NCBI RefSeq assembly: GCF_001186125.1
Contig: NW_014040332.1
Coordinates: 1 to 35,676 of the forward strand
DNA length: 35,676 nucleotides
Reading direction: 5' to 3'
Origin: Sphaeroforma arctica JP610
Lineage: Eukaryota
Position 1 is the first letter of the stretch. Each line of letters starts with the position of its first letter. Under the pieces are notes generated by a model. That model did not search any database and was not told the origin of the DNA. It worked only from the letters and a program-made list of their open reading frames with translations. The position numbers were made by a program, and so were the translations under genes. Below, in pieces: positions 1 through 9,919 of this stretch.

Positions 1-110
1 GTGTGTGTGTGTATATATATATATGTATATATATAGATGTATGTATATATATAGGTATATATATATATATAAGTGTGTGTGTGTGTGTGTGTGTATGTGT
101 GTGTGAGTGT
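1..110. repeat. (GT)n/(AT)n compound microsatellite
   Basis: Dinucleotide runs are directly visible. Similar tracts occur at ~2690-2880, 6235-6356, 13005-13100 and 35617-35676. Confidence 0.95.
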
Positions 111-295
111 AGGTGAGTTTGTGTATTTTATATATATTGTATTAACTCATGCTTCGTTTGTCCTGAGCGCATGTCCCATCAATGATACGAAGCTTCCCAA
201 TTCCGCTCGCCTCAATACCATTGTTTGTTTCATCACTTTTTAAGTATTCCGTCACTCACACATTTTCTGGCGCTGATACAAATATATGTACATAG

Positions 296-431
296 TATAC
301 GCTGGCCGTAGCCTACTGCTGGGTGTAGTGGAGCATCCCATTCATCTAACGCTGAAAGCAGGAGCCGAGAAGAAGCAAACGGGTGATTCAATCGGCACCA
401 GTAGACCTATCTGGAACGAACAGTTGGATCT
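296..431 (+). CDS. Internal exon, N-terminal half of a C2 domain
   Basis: Acceptor tacatag| and donor |gtatgt. Translates (V)YAGRSLLLGVVEHPIHLTLKAGAEKKQTGDSIGTSRPIWNEQLDL, matching the C2 K-x-x-T...P-x-WNE signature. Ends in phase 2, compatible with exon 1818-1927. Confidence 0.75.
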
Positions 432-667
432 GTATGTGTGCATTCGAACATTTGGATATGTATGTGAACAATCCAAACAGTGTGATATGTATGTGTACAA
501 TCCAAACAGATAGATAAGTATGTGTACAATTGAACAGTTAGATATGTATGTGTGCATTCCAATATTTGGATATGTATGTGTACAATCCAATCAGTGTGAT
601 ATGTATGTGTACAATCGAACAGTTAAATATGTATGTGTACAATCCAAACAGTGTGATATGTATGTGT
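417..667 (+). repeat. 28-29 bp minisatellite, about 9 copies, spanning the exon/intron donor junction
   Basis: Unit cgaacagttggatctgtatgtgtgcatt and diverged copies. The first copy is the last 15 nt of the exon plus the GT donor. Confidence 0.9.
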
Positions 668-727
668 TGATTCCCACCCAGGTTGTTGTCTGGTTCTGAG
701 CTTGCCCTTGACTGTGAGTCGCTTCGT

Positions 728-869
728 GGGATCTGCGTGTGTTTTGTAGATCTAAGGGATCTGCATGTGTTTTTGTAGATCTATGGGATCTGCATATGTC
801 TTCGTAGATCTATGTATTTGCTTGTGTTTTTGTAGATCTATGGGATCTGTCTGTGTTTTTGCAGATCTA
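728..869 (+). repeat. 28-29 bp minisatellite, about 5 copies
   Basis: Unit gggatctgcatgtgtttttgtagatctat. Confidence 0.9.
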
Positions 870-1817
870 GATGCATTTCCGCCTGTCCATCGCCAGTCAT
901 ACGTTCGTAAGGCCTGAGCGTCGCACAACCAGGCAGTTCAGAGAGCCGAACCCTCATCACTTGTCCCGTGCGTTTGTTCGCCGAGTGTATTGTATCCGTC
1001 TGTGGTGTGTGTATGCACAATCTCTGCCAGGCATTTGCAACCTGTCTGTCTATTCTGATCCGCCGTGCTATAGCCATGCTCAACCAGTACCATCTGTGTG
1101 GAACTTCAGTGACCAACGGGTGTGCGTGTTCGTGGGTGTGACTTGTGCGATCGAATACCTCGTACTATTCACACTGTTATACTCTCAACTACCAGTTGTT
1201 CACAGACTGTCTCGTCTCTGTAGAGTCAGTGTTCCGATGTATTGTAGCTGTCAACCGATGCTATGTCTGTGTAGATGTGTTTGCACTACTTGCCAACGCC
1301 TGCTTGCATATCGACATGCATCTACGAAGCGTGCACTCTGTATACCACAAGGCCCATTAAAAGGCGTGTTCAGTCACTGTCTTTCCACACGTGGCGTAGG
1401 TCTCCTGCCTCGCAATCCAACGACCTGCTCTTGTGTTGTCTTTTGAATGGCATGTACGTTTATTTCTGTGATTAACGATACACTTGGCGATCGCGCGATA
1501 ATTGTTTTGGGTTTGGCTTTCTTTTTCCTTTCTGTCTTGTCTATGGCGTATGGTTGTAGAGATAAGCGATATAAAAAAATTGTCTTTTCTTTTTTCTTTC
1601 CTTTCTTGTCTATGACGTATGGCTGTAGAGATAAACTTACTGTCGCCCACTCTCCGCGGCCTGCTCAGTCGTCCTCGTTTACATCCGGGGGCCTTGGGGA
1701 AAGGAGTTGTTGTTCGGAATACAGCAGGCACATCTCTCTGCATCTGTCATGTCTTGACCGTAAAACCTCACTCCAAAAATCCTAAACCCTAAACCCTCAC
1801 ACGCCATACTACAACAG

Positions 1818-1927
1818 CAACATCAAGAAGAAAAAGCACAATGAGCTGAAGATAAAGCTCATGGTGCGGACGGTCGCGCTGGGGGCCCTCCGCATCGGAA
1901 TCGACACGCTGCCCTTTGAAGAAGGAG
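1818..1927 (+). CDS. Internal exon, middle of the C2 domain
   Basis: Acceptor acaacag| and donor g|gtgtgt. Splices in frame to give ...NEQLDL-NIKKKKHNELKIKLMVRTVALGALRIGIDTLPFEEG, fitting the C2 'L-x-I-x-L...LG-x-x-x-I-x-x-x-L' strands. Confidence 0.75.
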
Positions 1928-2327
1928 GTGTGTGAGACTGACCTTTCTGCAGTGATTACTTTATGTATGTCACTTGGTGTGTGTGACTGACCTTTATGCA
2001 GTGATTGCTTTATGTATGTCACTTGGTGTGTGTGACTGAACTTTATGCAGTGATTGCTTTATGTATGTCACTTGGTGTGTGTGACTGAATTTTATGCAGT
2101 GATTGCTTTATGTATGTCACTTGGTGTGTGTGACTGACCTTTATGCAGTGATTGCTTTATGTATGTCACTTGGTGTGTGTGACTGACTTTTATGCAGTGA
2201 TTGCTTTATGTATGTCACTTGGTGTGTGTGACTGACCTTTATGCGGTGATTGCTTTATATACATTACTTGGTGTGTGTGACTGACCGTTATGCGGTGGTT
2301 GCTTTACATACATCACTTGGTGTGTGT
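1927..2327 (+). repeat. 49 bp minisatellite, 8 full copies, starting at the splice donor
   Basis: Unit ggtgtgtgtgactgacctttatgcagtgattgctttatgtatgtcactt at 1927, 1976, 2025 ... 2270. Confidence 0.95.
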
Positions 2328-2761
2328 ATGGTGTAGCAGGTTGACTTTGGGCGTTGTCCTGTGCGTCTCACATGTTGGGTGAGTTATAGATGCTTTGTTG
2401 TTCCTATCACTGCGCATGTACAGCGACGGCATGTGTGAACATCTGAGTTATTGGGGTACATTGTTTTTGGGATCTATTGCATGCACAAGGAATGTATAGT
2501 AATAGCATTAATTATAGGGAGTGCATATGCGAATGGTATTGAACATAAGACGAGAAGAATTGGGGGGAGAGGTTGGAGTAGAATAAAGTTCGATTTTTGT
2601 GGAGAGTTCCTTATGCTTTACAAATATATGCATGCTTGCTCATGTGTGTTTACGGATATATATATGCTTGCCCATGTATGGTTACACATATATATGTGTA
2701 TAGATATNNNNNNNNNNNNNNNNNNNNTATATATATGTCTTGTCTCTACTATATATTATAA

Positions 2762-2799
<38 letters not shown>

Positions 2800-2956
2800 G
2801 TATGTATATATATATATAGATATATATATATATATATATGTTTGCCCATATATGTTTACAGATATATATATGATATATATATATGCTTGCTCATGTATAT
2901 TTACAGATATGTATGCTTGCTCATGTATGTTTACGGATGTTATGCTTTGCTCACAG

Positions 2957-3076
2957 ACCGAAAAAGTTGGTACGGAATCTTTTCGGAAGATGGAGAGAAG
3001 CTGTGCGAAGTTTGCATGCGGATATGGATATCAGCACAGACCAGGATCAAGCCCAAATCTAAGATGCGCTTACTTG
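2957..3076 (+). CDS. Internal exon, C-terminal strands of the C2 domain
   Basis: Acceptor ctcacag| and donor g|gtatgt, phase 1/1. Translates DRKSWYGIFSEDGEKLCEVCMRIWISAQTRIKPKSKMRLL, with the C2 'WY-x-I/L ... E-V-x-M-x-I' end. Confidence 0.75.
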
Positions 3077-3636
3077 GTATGTATAGGTCTGCGCAAATCT
3101 TACTTCATCAAACAGAATTGGCCTGCTCATGAACCCTCTTATGCCACAAACAGGCACTTGAAGAAGTTGTTATAGCCACACACTGGTAGGGTGCAGGGTA
3201 GTGTGGGGCCTGGTCCGGTAGAGCTTACAGAGTCTACATGGCGTAGCCCGTGCCTTTACTTTGCGTCCATTAATTGAGAATGTATGGAGGCATCTCATAG
3301 TGGGACGTTGGTAGTTAGTCGTGTTGCAACGCACTTGTGTGCGATATATCTCTACGCCCCTCGGCGGGGTTCGTTCAGACTTGCTCTCATCCCGGCTAGC
3401 CCTATCATCAATGTCGGTATCATTGCTAATAGCGATGGGGTCGAAGGCTAGTTAAAGGTGCGCATACCTCACCACGATCACCTCTGTCAACGCTTAGATT
3501 GAAAGGCAGATCGCAAAATAATAAACATGCAGGACATGTATGTATATGTATATATATAGATGTTTGTCCTCAGCATTCATATATATGTACACATACACAC
3601 ACCCACACATACTACGTGTTTTTCTATCCACTTCAG

Positions 3637-3775
3637 CATCCCCCCTCTCGTCCCTTGGGTCCAGGGGCAACTTCGATCAAGACACCAGCCGCGAGTCTTT
3701 GGACTCGACCAGTAGCGTACACCACGCACCTATCGCCCACACATCCTCCATGCTACCATCCTTGGACATTACCAG
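3637..3775 (+). CDS. Probable next exon, Ser-rich low-complexity linker
   Basis: Pyrimidine-rich acceptor cttcag| and donor ag|gtaggt, phase-compatible with the previous exon. Translates ASPLSSLGSRGNFDQDTSRESLDSTSSVHHAPIAHTSSMLPSLDIT. Confidence 0.55.
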
Positions 3776-3844
3776 GTAGGTGCCTCGGGCGCGAGGGTTT
3801 GTTCAAGTTAACTGCCTTGTACAAGTGCGCATCTCCTCATGGAT

Positions 3845-4018
3845 ATGTATCTGTGCATATGTAAGTAGTACCTGTGGCATGAAGTCGTGTGTATATGTGC
3901 GTGTTTGCCTGTGCATGTGTATGTCTGCATACATTCGTAGTACCTGTGGCATGGAGTCGTGTATACGTGCGTATTTGCATGTGCATATGTATGTCTGCGT
4001 ACATTCGTAGTGCCTGTG
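3845..4018 (+). repeat. ~70-72 bp tandem duplication (2+ copies)
   Basis: gtagtacctgtggcatg(a/g)agtcgtgt...tacattc is repeated. Confidence 0.85.
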
Positions 4019-4079
4019 CACGTGACGAGAGTTGGACCTCGGTGTTGTGCTCAGCATTGCGCCGTCGTTTTATAGCAAG

Positions 4080-4420
4080 GTGTGCCTGGTGCCGTGCTCG
4101 TGGGCGTGTGGTGTGTGCATTGGGCGTGACACTTCTATTATTTTAGCCATGGGTAGCCAATAGGTGTCTTGTACAATGTGCGATGAGTGAAGGGTGGTGT
4201 GGGGTATATATATATATATATTTGTATGTGTATCCGTTTAAACAGTAGATGTGTGCCTAGTGCCGTGTTCGGAGGCGTGTGGTGTGTGCATTGGGCGTGA
4301 CACTTCTGTTATTTTTAGCCGCGGGTAGCCAATAGGTGTCTTGTACCCTGTGCGATGAGAGAAGGGTGGTGTGGGGTATATATATATATGTATGTGTATC
4401 CGTTTCAAAACAGTAGATGT
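4080..4420 (+). repeat. ~170 bp tandem duplication (2 copies)
   Basis: gtgcct(g/a)gtgccgtg...gggtagccaataggtgtcttg...aaacagtagatgt occurs twice. Confidence 0.9.
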
Positions 4421-6291
4421 CGCAATCGTTTATTCGTGCACCGAGGGCCATCGGCAAGGTCGGCTTCAAGTTACTTCGACGGCTGTTTGCTCCACCGCGA
4501 AAGTCTTGGTGCAATGTGCTTTATTCCGTATCACTCGACTATAAGGCTCTCATCTGCGGCCCAATGTAGTGGCCATTGTTGGTAGAAAAGCATCTTATTG
4601 GAATATTGGACATTTCTCAAAATCAACAATGGGCATTTTTGTAATTTACACTTCTGCAACTCAAAATATAGCAAGGGCCGTTATACCAAAATTGCCAATA
4701 TTTAAAGTTATGAATCATGTTTTCAAAAAGCTGCATGAAGCAGCTTATTTGGAAAATGCTGGACTGTATTTTAATTTACGTAAACAAATTTTAAAATGTC
4801 GAATTCCTTGGGAGTGATTTACGGCGCGGTATTTTAAAATTTCCTTTTTTTTGAACGTAGGCACAATGGAATGGCCTTTCCCAATATAGTCACAAGGGAC
4901 TCAATATTTAAATATCCAATTCAAATTTTCTGTGCGCCTGTAACCGTTGTAGCAAACTATAAAAGTGGTCAATCAAGGCCATTTATGATACTGGTCATTA
5001 TTGAGTTGCAGAACAGGGCTCAAGTATAATTTTGCTCCATCGCATATCGACAATTACAATGTATGTAGGGTTTTAGGGGGTCTTTTTGAGATTCAGGGTC
5101 TCAATTGCTGGGTCCAGGTCGTAATAATAAATACGTTTACACTAACTAAGTTAGGTTAGGTGAGTGTAGCATGTGCATAGCAAAGTGTGTTGTATCTACA
5201 TCTTCATGCATGCATGCCCGCCCATGATTGTAGTACTACCAACACACGCGGAATGCACTAAGTCGCAGGATGTCATTTCGAATCCATCCCATGCAGTTTC
5301 ACGCCCACCTCTGGGCCGCCGGGGGGTATCATTGTCATCAGAGGCGATCGATTGGGAATGTCGGAAGGGGTGAGTTTAGCAACCACAGTGCTAACTGGCC
5401 ATGCTTTCGAAGCCCTGTTTATGTCCGTGTATAGGGATAGTCCTCTACTTCACTCGTCTCTTTCAGTGTGTGTGGTTGTATATACCTGGCCCAAGTGGTG
5501 CGTGTGTGTGGTTGTATATGCCTGGCCCAAGTGGTGTGTGTGTGGGATGTGCACCCTATAGACATCGGGGCCTGCGAGAGGGCGAGCTTTGAGCTCTCTC
5601 TGTCGTCGGCCGTTGTATCACATCCATGGTCTGTTGGGTGCTGCAATCAGCTGTACACGGCTGAATCGCTGCCTTATTGGATGTTGCACTGCGCTGTATA
5701 GATATGTATACACAAAGGTACGCTTGCTCATGGCCATTGTACATTGATGACCTCCCTCACCTATCCACCTATTCATCTATTCACCTATTCAACGTGCACT
5801 ACACCTGCATGGCTCTGCCTTTACCTGTACGCCAGGTGCTGTCCTCAGGTGTGTTCGCCTGACATCAATGTGCCTCTCATATCTGGTTGCTGTGTGTGAT
5901 GTGTGCCTCATCGTGTTTGCTCGCGTGTGATTCGCTATGACTACACGGGATCTACACACGGTGCCCCAAACGCACATGCCTTATAACAGCGCATTACACA
6001 CAATGTCAGGAAATCAACACAATCACCGTAGCCGGACACACAGTGGAGGAATTCGAGTGGAAGAGTCGTGCGGAGATTAGGGTGTCTACCTCGGAAGAAT
6101 CGGAGGGCGCTGGAAGGGTGTGTTTGAATCTTTATTTTCTCATGTATTACGTTTACGATTGTATACGAACCAAATTTTGTTTAATTAACTACATATGAGT
6201 TGTATTTAGATCACTTTATATGTACACATTGATGAATATATATACATATATATGTATGTATGTGTGTGTGTGTGTGTGTGTGTGTAAGTAG

Positions 6292-6356
<65 letters not shown>

Positions 6357-6971
6357 CGAAAACTTGTATATGTCTGCCCGTGCATCTAAATGTCATGTAT
6401 TCCCAGGATAGTTCTGGAGTCCCTGCTATAGATCGATCAACACAACGTCTGCATTATACACAACTTTTGACACTCTTTTCATAACACACAGGGTATACTA
6501 ATACGTCTATACACTCTGTAGGTAGTGATATGGTTTAAGGACGGCGACTCTGCGACGTCCGATACTATGTACACGTTCACCGAACTGGGGGAGAGCCGCA
6601 AATCCATGCAGGTTGAGATGGGTGGGTATAAATTGCTGAGGCATTGAACTACTGTACATATCTCTGAAACTGATTCGTTCGTAAGTCAACCGCAGGCCCT
6701 GTCCTAGTACACGTTGTGCTGTTCCTGTGGTAGTCGTCTGAACTGATGTTCTTGGCGCGATGGCGGAGGGAACTTTGTTTGTATGTGTAGTGGAAATGGG
6801 GTCAGCCTAATCGCCGAGGGAGTTTTTGTGTCACCCTGTTCGTATGTTTACTTGGATCAAACCGTTGCTCAGCCGTAGCCTATGTATATCCCTCCCTTTG
6901 AATCATATTTACCAATGAACCCGTGCGTGCACAACGAATTGCGATTCCACCATTCCAGACTGTTCAGTCCG

Positions 6972-8115
6972 ATACATCCCTCATAGCATATTCTTGATAT
7001 CTCATAACATACAACATTAGCAAAACACTTGATATCTCATAATATACAACATTAGCATACCCTTGATATTTCATAACATACGACATTAGCACACCCTTGA
7101 TATCTCATAACATACAACATGGATCCAACAATCAGAGGCGCAGCAACCAGACATCCAACAAATCTTCATACATCCCTCGTAGCATACCCTTGGTATTTCA
7201 TAACATGCAACATGGCTCCAACAGTCAGAGGCCAATACATCCCTCGTAGCATATCACTTGATATCTCAAAACATACAACATGGCTCCAACAATCAGAGTC
7301 CAATACATCCCTCGTAGCATACCACTTGATATCTCATATCATACAACATGGCTNNNNNNNNNNNNNNNNNNNNNNNNNNNNNNNNNNNNNNNNNNNNNNN
7401 NNNNNNNNNNNNNNNNNNNNNNNNNNNNNNNNNNNNNNNNNNNNNNNNNNNNNNNNNNNNNNNNNNNNNNNNNNNNNNNNNNNNNNNNNNNNNNNNNNNN
7501 NNNNNNNNNNNNNNNNNNNNNNNNNNNNNNNNNNNNNNNNNNNNNNNNNNNNNNNNNNNNNNNNNNNNNNNNNNNNNNNNNNNNNNNNNNNNNNNNNNNN
7601 NNNNNNNNNNNNNNNNNNNNNNNNNNNNNNNNNNNNNNNNNNNNNNNNNNNNNNNNNNNNNNNNNNNNNNNNNNNNNNNNNNNNNNNNNNNNNNNNNNNN
7701 NNNNNNNNNNNNNNNNNNNNNNNNNNNNNNNNNNNNNNNNNNNNNNNNNNNNNNNNNNNNNNNNNNNNNNNNNNNNNNNNNNNNNNCTAGTACCACTCGA
7801 TATCTCATATCATACAACATGGCTCCAACAATCAGAGGCGCAGCAACCAGATATCCAACAAATCTTCATACATCCCTCGTAGCACACCCTTAGTATCTCA
7901 TAACATACAACATGGCTCCAACAATCAGAGGCGCAGCAACCAGACATCCAACAAATCGTCATACATCCCTCGTAGCATACCCTTGATAAACATACAACAT
8001 GGCTCCAACAATCAGAGGCCAATACATCCCTCGTAGCATATCACTTGATATCTCATATCATACAACATGGCTCCAACTATCAGAGGCGCTGCAACCAGAC
8101 ATCCAACAAATCTTC
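6972..8115 (+). repeat. Complex minisatellite containing an N gap (7354-7786), built from the acceptor region and first ~32 nt of the IPT exon
   Basis: Recurring modules cttgatatctcataacatacaacatggctccaacaatcagagg, cgcagcaaccagacatccaacaaatcttc and atacatccctcgtagcatac. Confidence 0.9.
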
Positions 8116-8265
8116 CCGGAGAGGGGTTCGGAAGCCGGCTGCCAAGTGGTGACCATTGACGGCGAAAGCTTGGGCAACAACCACGACGACCTCGTGTACC
8201 TGAGTGTTGCGGGGTGGCTGTGTGACCTGCAACAGGTGACCTGGAAGTCATCGAATTGTATCAAG
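8084..8265 (+). CDS. Exon encoding most of an IPT/TIG (Ig-like) domain
   Basis: Acceptor ctatcag| and donor aag|gtgagc. Translates ALQPDIQQIFPERGSEAGCQVVTIDGESLGNNHDDLVYLSVAGWLCDLQQVTWKSSNCIK, fitting the IPT pattern P-x-I-x-x-I-x-P-x-x-G...VTI-x-G-x-x-LG...D...G-x-x-C seen in Sec5/EXOC2 and plexin TIG domains. Confidence 0.8.
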
Positions 8266-8570
8266 GTGAGCTCTGCCATGCTGTGGTGCAAGTTAGTGGT
8301 ATCTACAGGGGTTGGGGGGGGGGGGTGATGGTCCTTGCTTACTTGCTTACTTGCTTACTTGCTTGCCTGGGTATGCGATGTATATGCTTGTGTGTTAGTA
8401 TATCTGCGTGTCTTTGCAGGTGTGTTTGTTTTGTATGTCTGCTCAGATCCGACTTCTGACTTTGCACATAGCTGGTTCGAAGTTCACTGCCAGGCGGCGG
8501 AGATTCTGTGGCTGCACTTGGTGTATTAGTAGAACCTTCATAAACATCAATGTGTACTTGTTAAACTCGG

Positions 8571-8602
<32 letters not shown>

Positions 8603-9146
8603 ACTCTTTAATTATACACTCGGATTATACACTTTGTCATTATACCTATACACTCGAAATATATAAATGTGTACTTGATACATGTGTCAGCTATCGTTCT
8701 AGCGTGTACGCGCTTGCTCGAACGTGTGTTCTGTGTAGTATTGTAGTGTTGTGTAAAAGGTGCGTGGCTGTGTATGGAAACACTCATTTCAACCTCAGAC
8801 ATGCCAAGCAGGCGGTTAATACTCTGCCCAATTCATAAGGAGACACGCATGCTCGAATGCATATCGCAGCAGATGGTTTTATTGAGGGGGTTCAATGGCA
8901 GAGCGGGTAGTGTTTAAAACAACTTGTACGTAGAACTGTTCATGCGTTTACTAAGATGGCTCAATGGCAGTGCTCCGTTAGTCACGGCATCGTGTATTTT
9001 ATGGGCCCATGCAGTCGTATCGCCGTTTAGCCATTGCGCGCGAGTATTAGTGCGTTGGCTACTTACATGTATTCTGAAGTGTTCCTTCTTGTCATTGATA
9101 TCTTGCTCATGTCCTTGTCTTCTTCCTTCTTCTCTCTGTCCCTCAG

Positions 9147-9222
9147 CTACTGACACCGCCTGGCTGCGGACGGGGCCCTGTTGTGCTGGTCACGGTATCT
9201 GGCGGGCCAAGTACTACGCAAG
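9147..9222 (+). CDS. Exon completing the IPT/TIG domain
   Basis: Strong polypyrimidine acceptor ...tctgtccctcag| and donor g|gtatgc. The phase 0 join gives SSNCIK-LLTPPGCGRGPVVLVTVSGGPSTTQ, the typical 'TPP...G-x-V-x-V-x-x-x-GG' IPT end. Confidence 0.8.
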
Positions 9223-9246
9223 GTATGCAACGGATGATCTGTACTG

Positions 9247-9383
9247 TTCAGTGCGTTAGCGGCGGGTTGTTTGGTTGAATGAAAGATCAGATCGTTTGGT
9301 TGCAGGTGTGTTTATTCAGTGCGTTAGCGGCGGGTTGTTTGGTTGAATGAAAGATCAGATAGTGTGATTGCAGGTGTCTTTAT
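9247..9383 (+). repeat. ~68 bp tandem duplication just after the splice donor
   Basis: ttcagtgcgttagcggcgggttgtttggttgaatgaaagatcagat occurs twice. Confidence 0.9.
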
Positions 9384-9743
9384 GCACCCGCCGTGTGCAT
9401 CACCTGTGCCTTAAGAAGTATTCCAGGAAGCGGCGGATGTACGATTTTTACAACATTGTATGGTCTACAGTTTGTCAATGGTTCAATACCGGTCTGCTGC
9501 TGTCTAGTGGAGTAATATCGAATGACTAATCGGCATTGTGTAATATTCGTATTCTAATCGCGCCTAAATGTGGCCTTATGCCGACTGCTCGTCAAATGGA
9601 ATTGCTTTCCTTGTTGCCATACCCTTGCACGTGTCACGTGGGTCTGACAGATTGTACTACCGTGTCGATCGTCCTGTACTGTGATTACAATTTGTGATCT
9701 CGGAGAACTTGAGCACGCACGTCCCTTCCCAACCACGACCCCA

Positions 9744-9919
9744 AGCTAGTCGTACGTTGATAAAGCCTTTTATCAGATAGGACAGAGATGTGCTGAAGCA
9801 ACAGCTGGTCGAGTGTTGATGAAGCCTTTTCTCAGATAGGACAGAGATGTGCTGAAGAAACAGCTGGTCGTGTGTTGATGAAGCCTTTTATCAGATAGGA
9901 CAGAGCTGTGCTAAAGCAA
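9744..9919 (+). repeat. 59 bp tandem repeat, 3 copies
   Basis: agctggtcg..gttgatgaagccttttatcagataggacagagatgtgctgaagcaac at 9744, 9803 and 9862. Confidence 0.9.

Noticed and set aside
865..906. Possible 42 nt in-frame cassette exon (ttttgcag|...|gtaagg)
   Set aside because: It is phase-compatible but would interrupt a C2 domain that reads well without it, and there is no other support.
871..1446. 191 aa ORF
   Set aside because: C/V-rich translation of GT-rich intronic DNA with no motif, lying inside the inferred C2 intron.
1927..2327. Regular arrays as possible CRISPR (also 417-667, 9744-9919, 33184-33348)
   Set aside because: The units are head-to-tail with no unique spacers, there are no cas genes, and the context is eukaryotic.
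7119..7893. Long ORFs across N gaps (also 17822-18386)
   Set aside because: Their length is an artefact of N runs and repeats.
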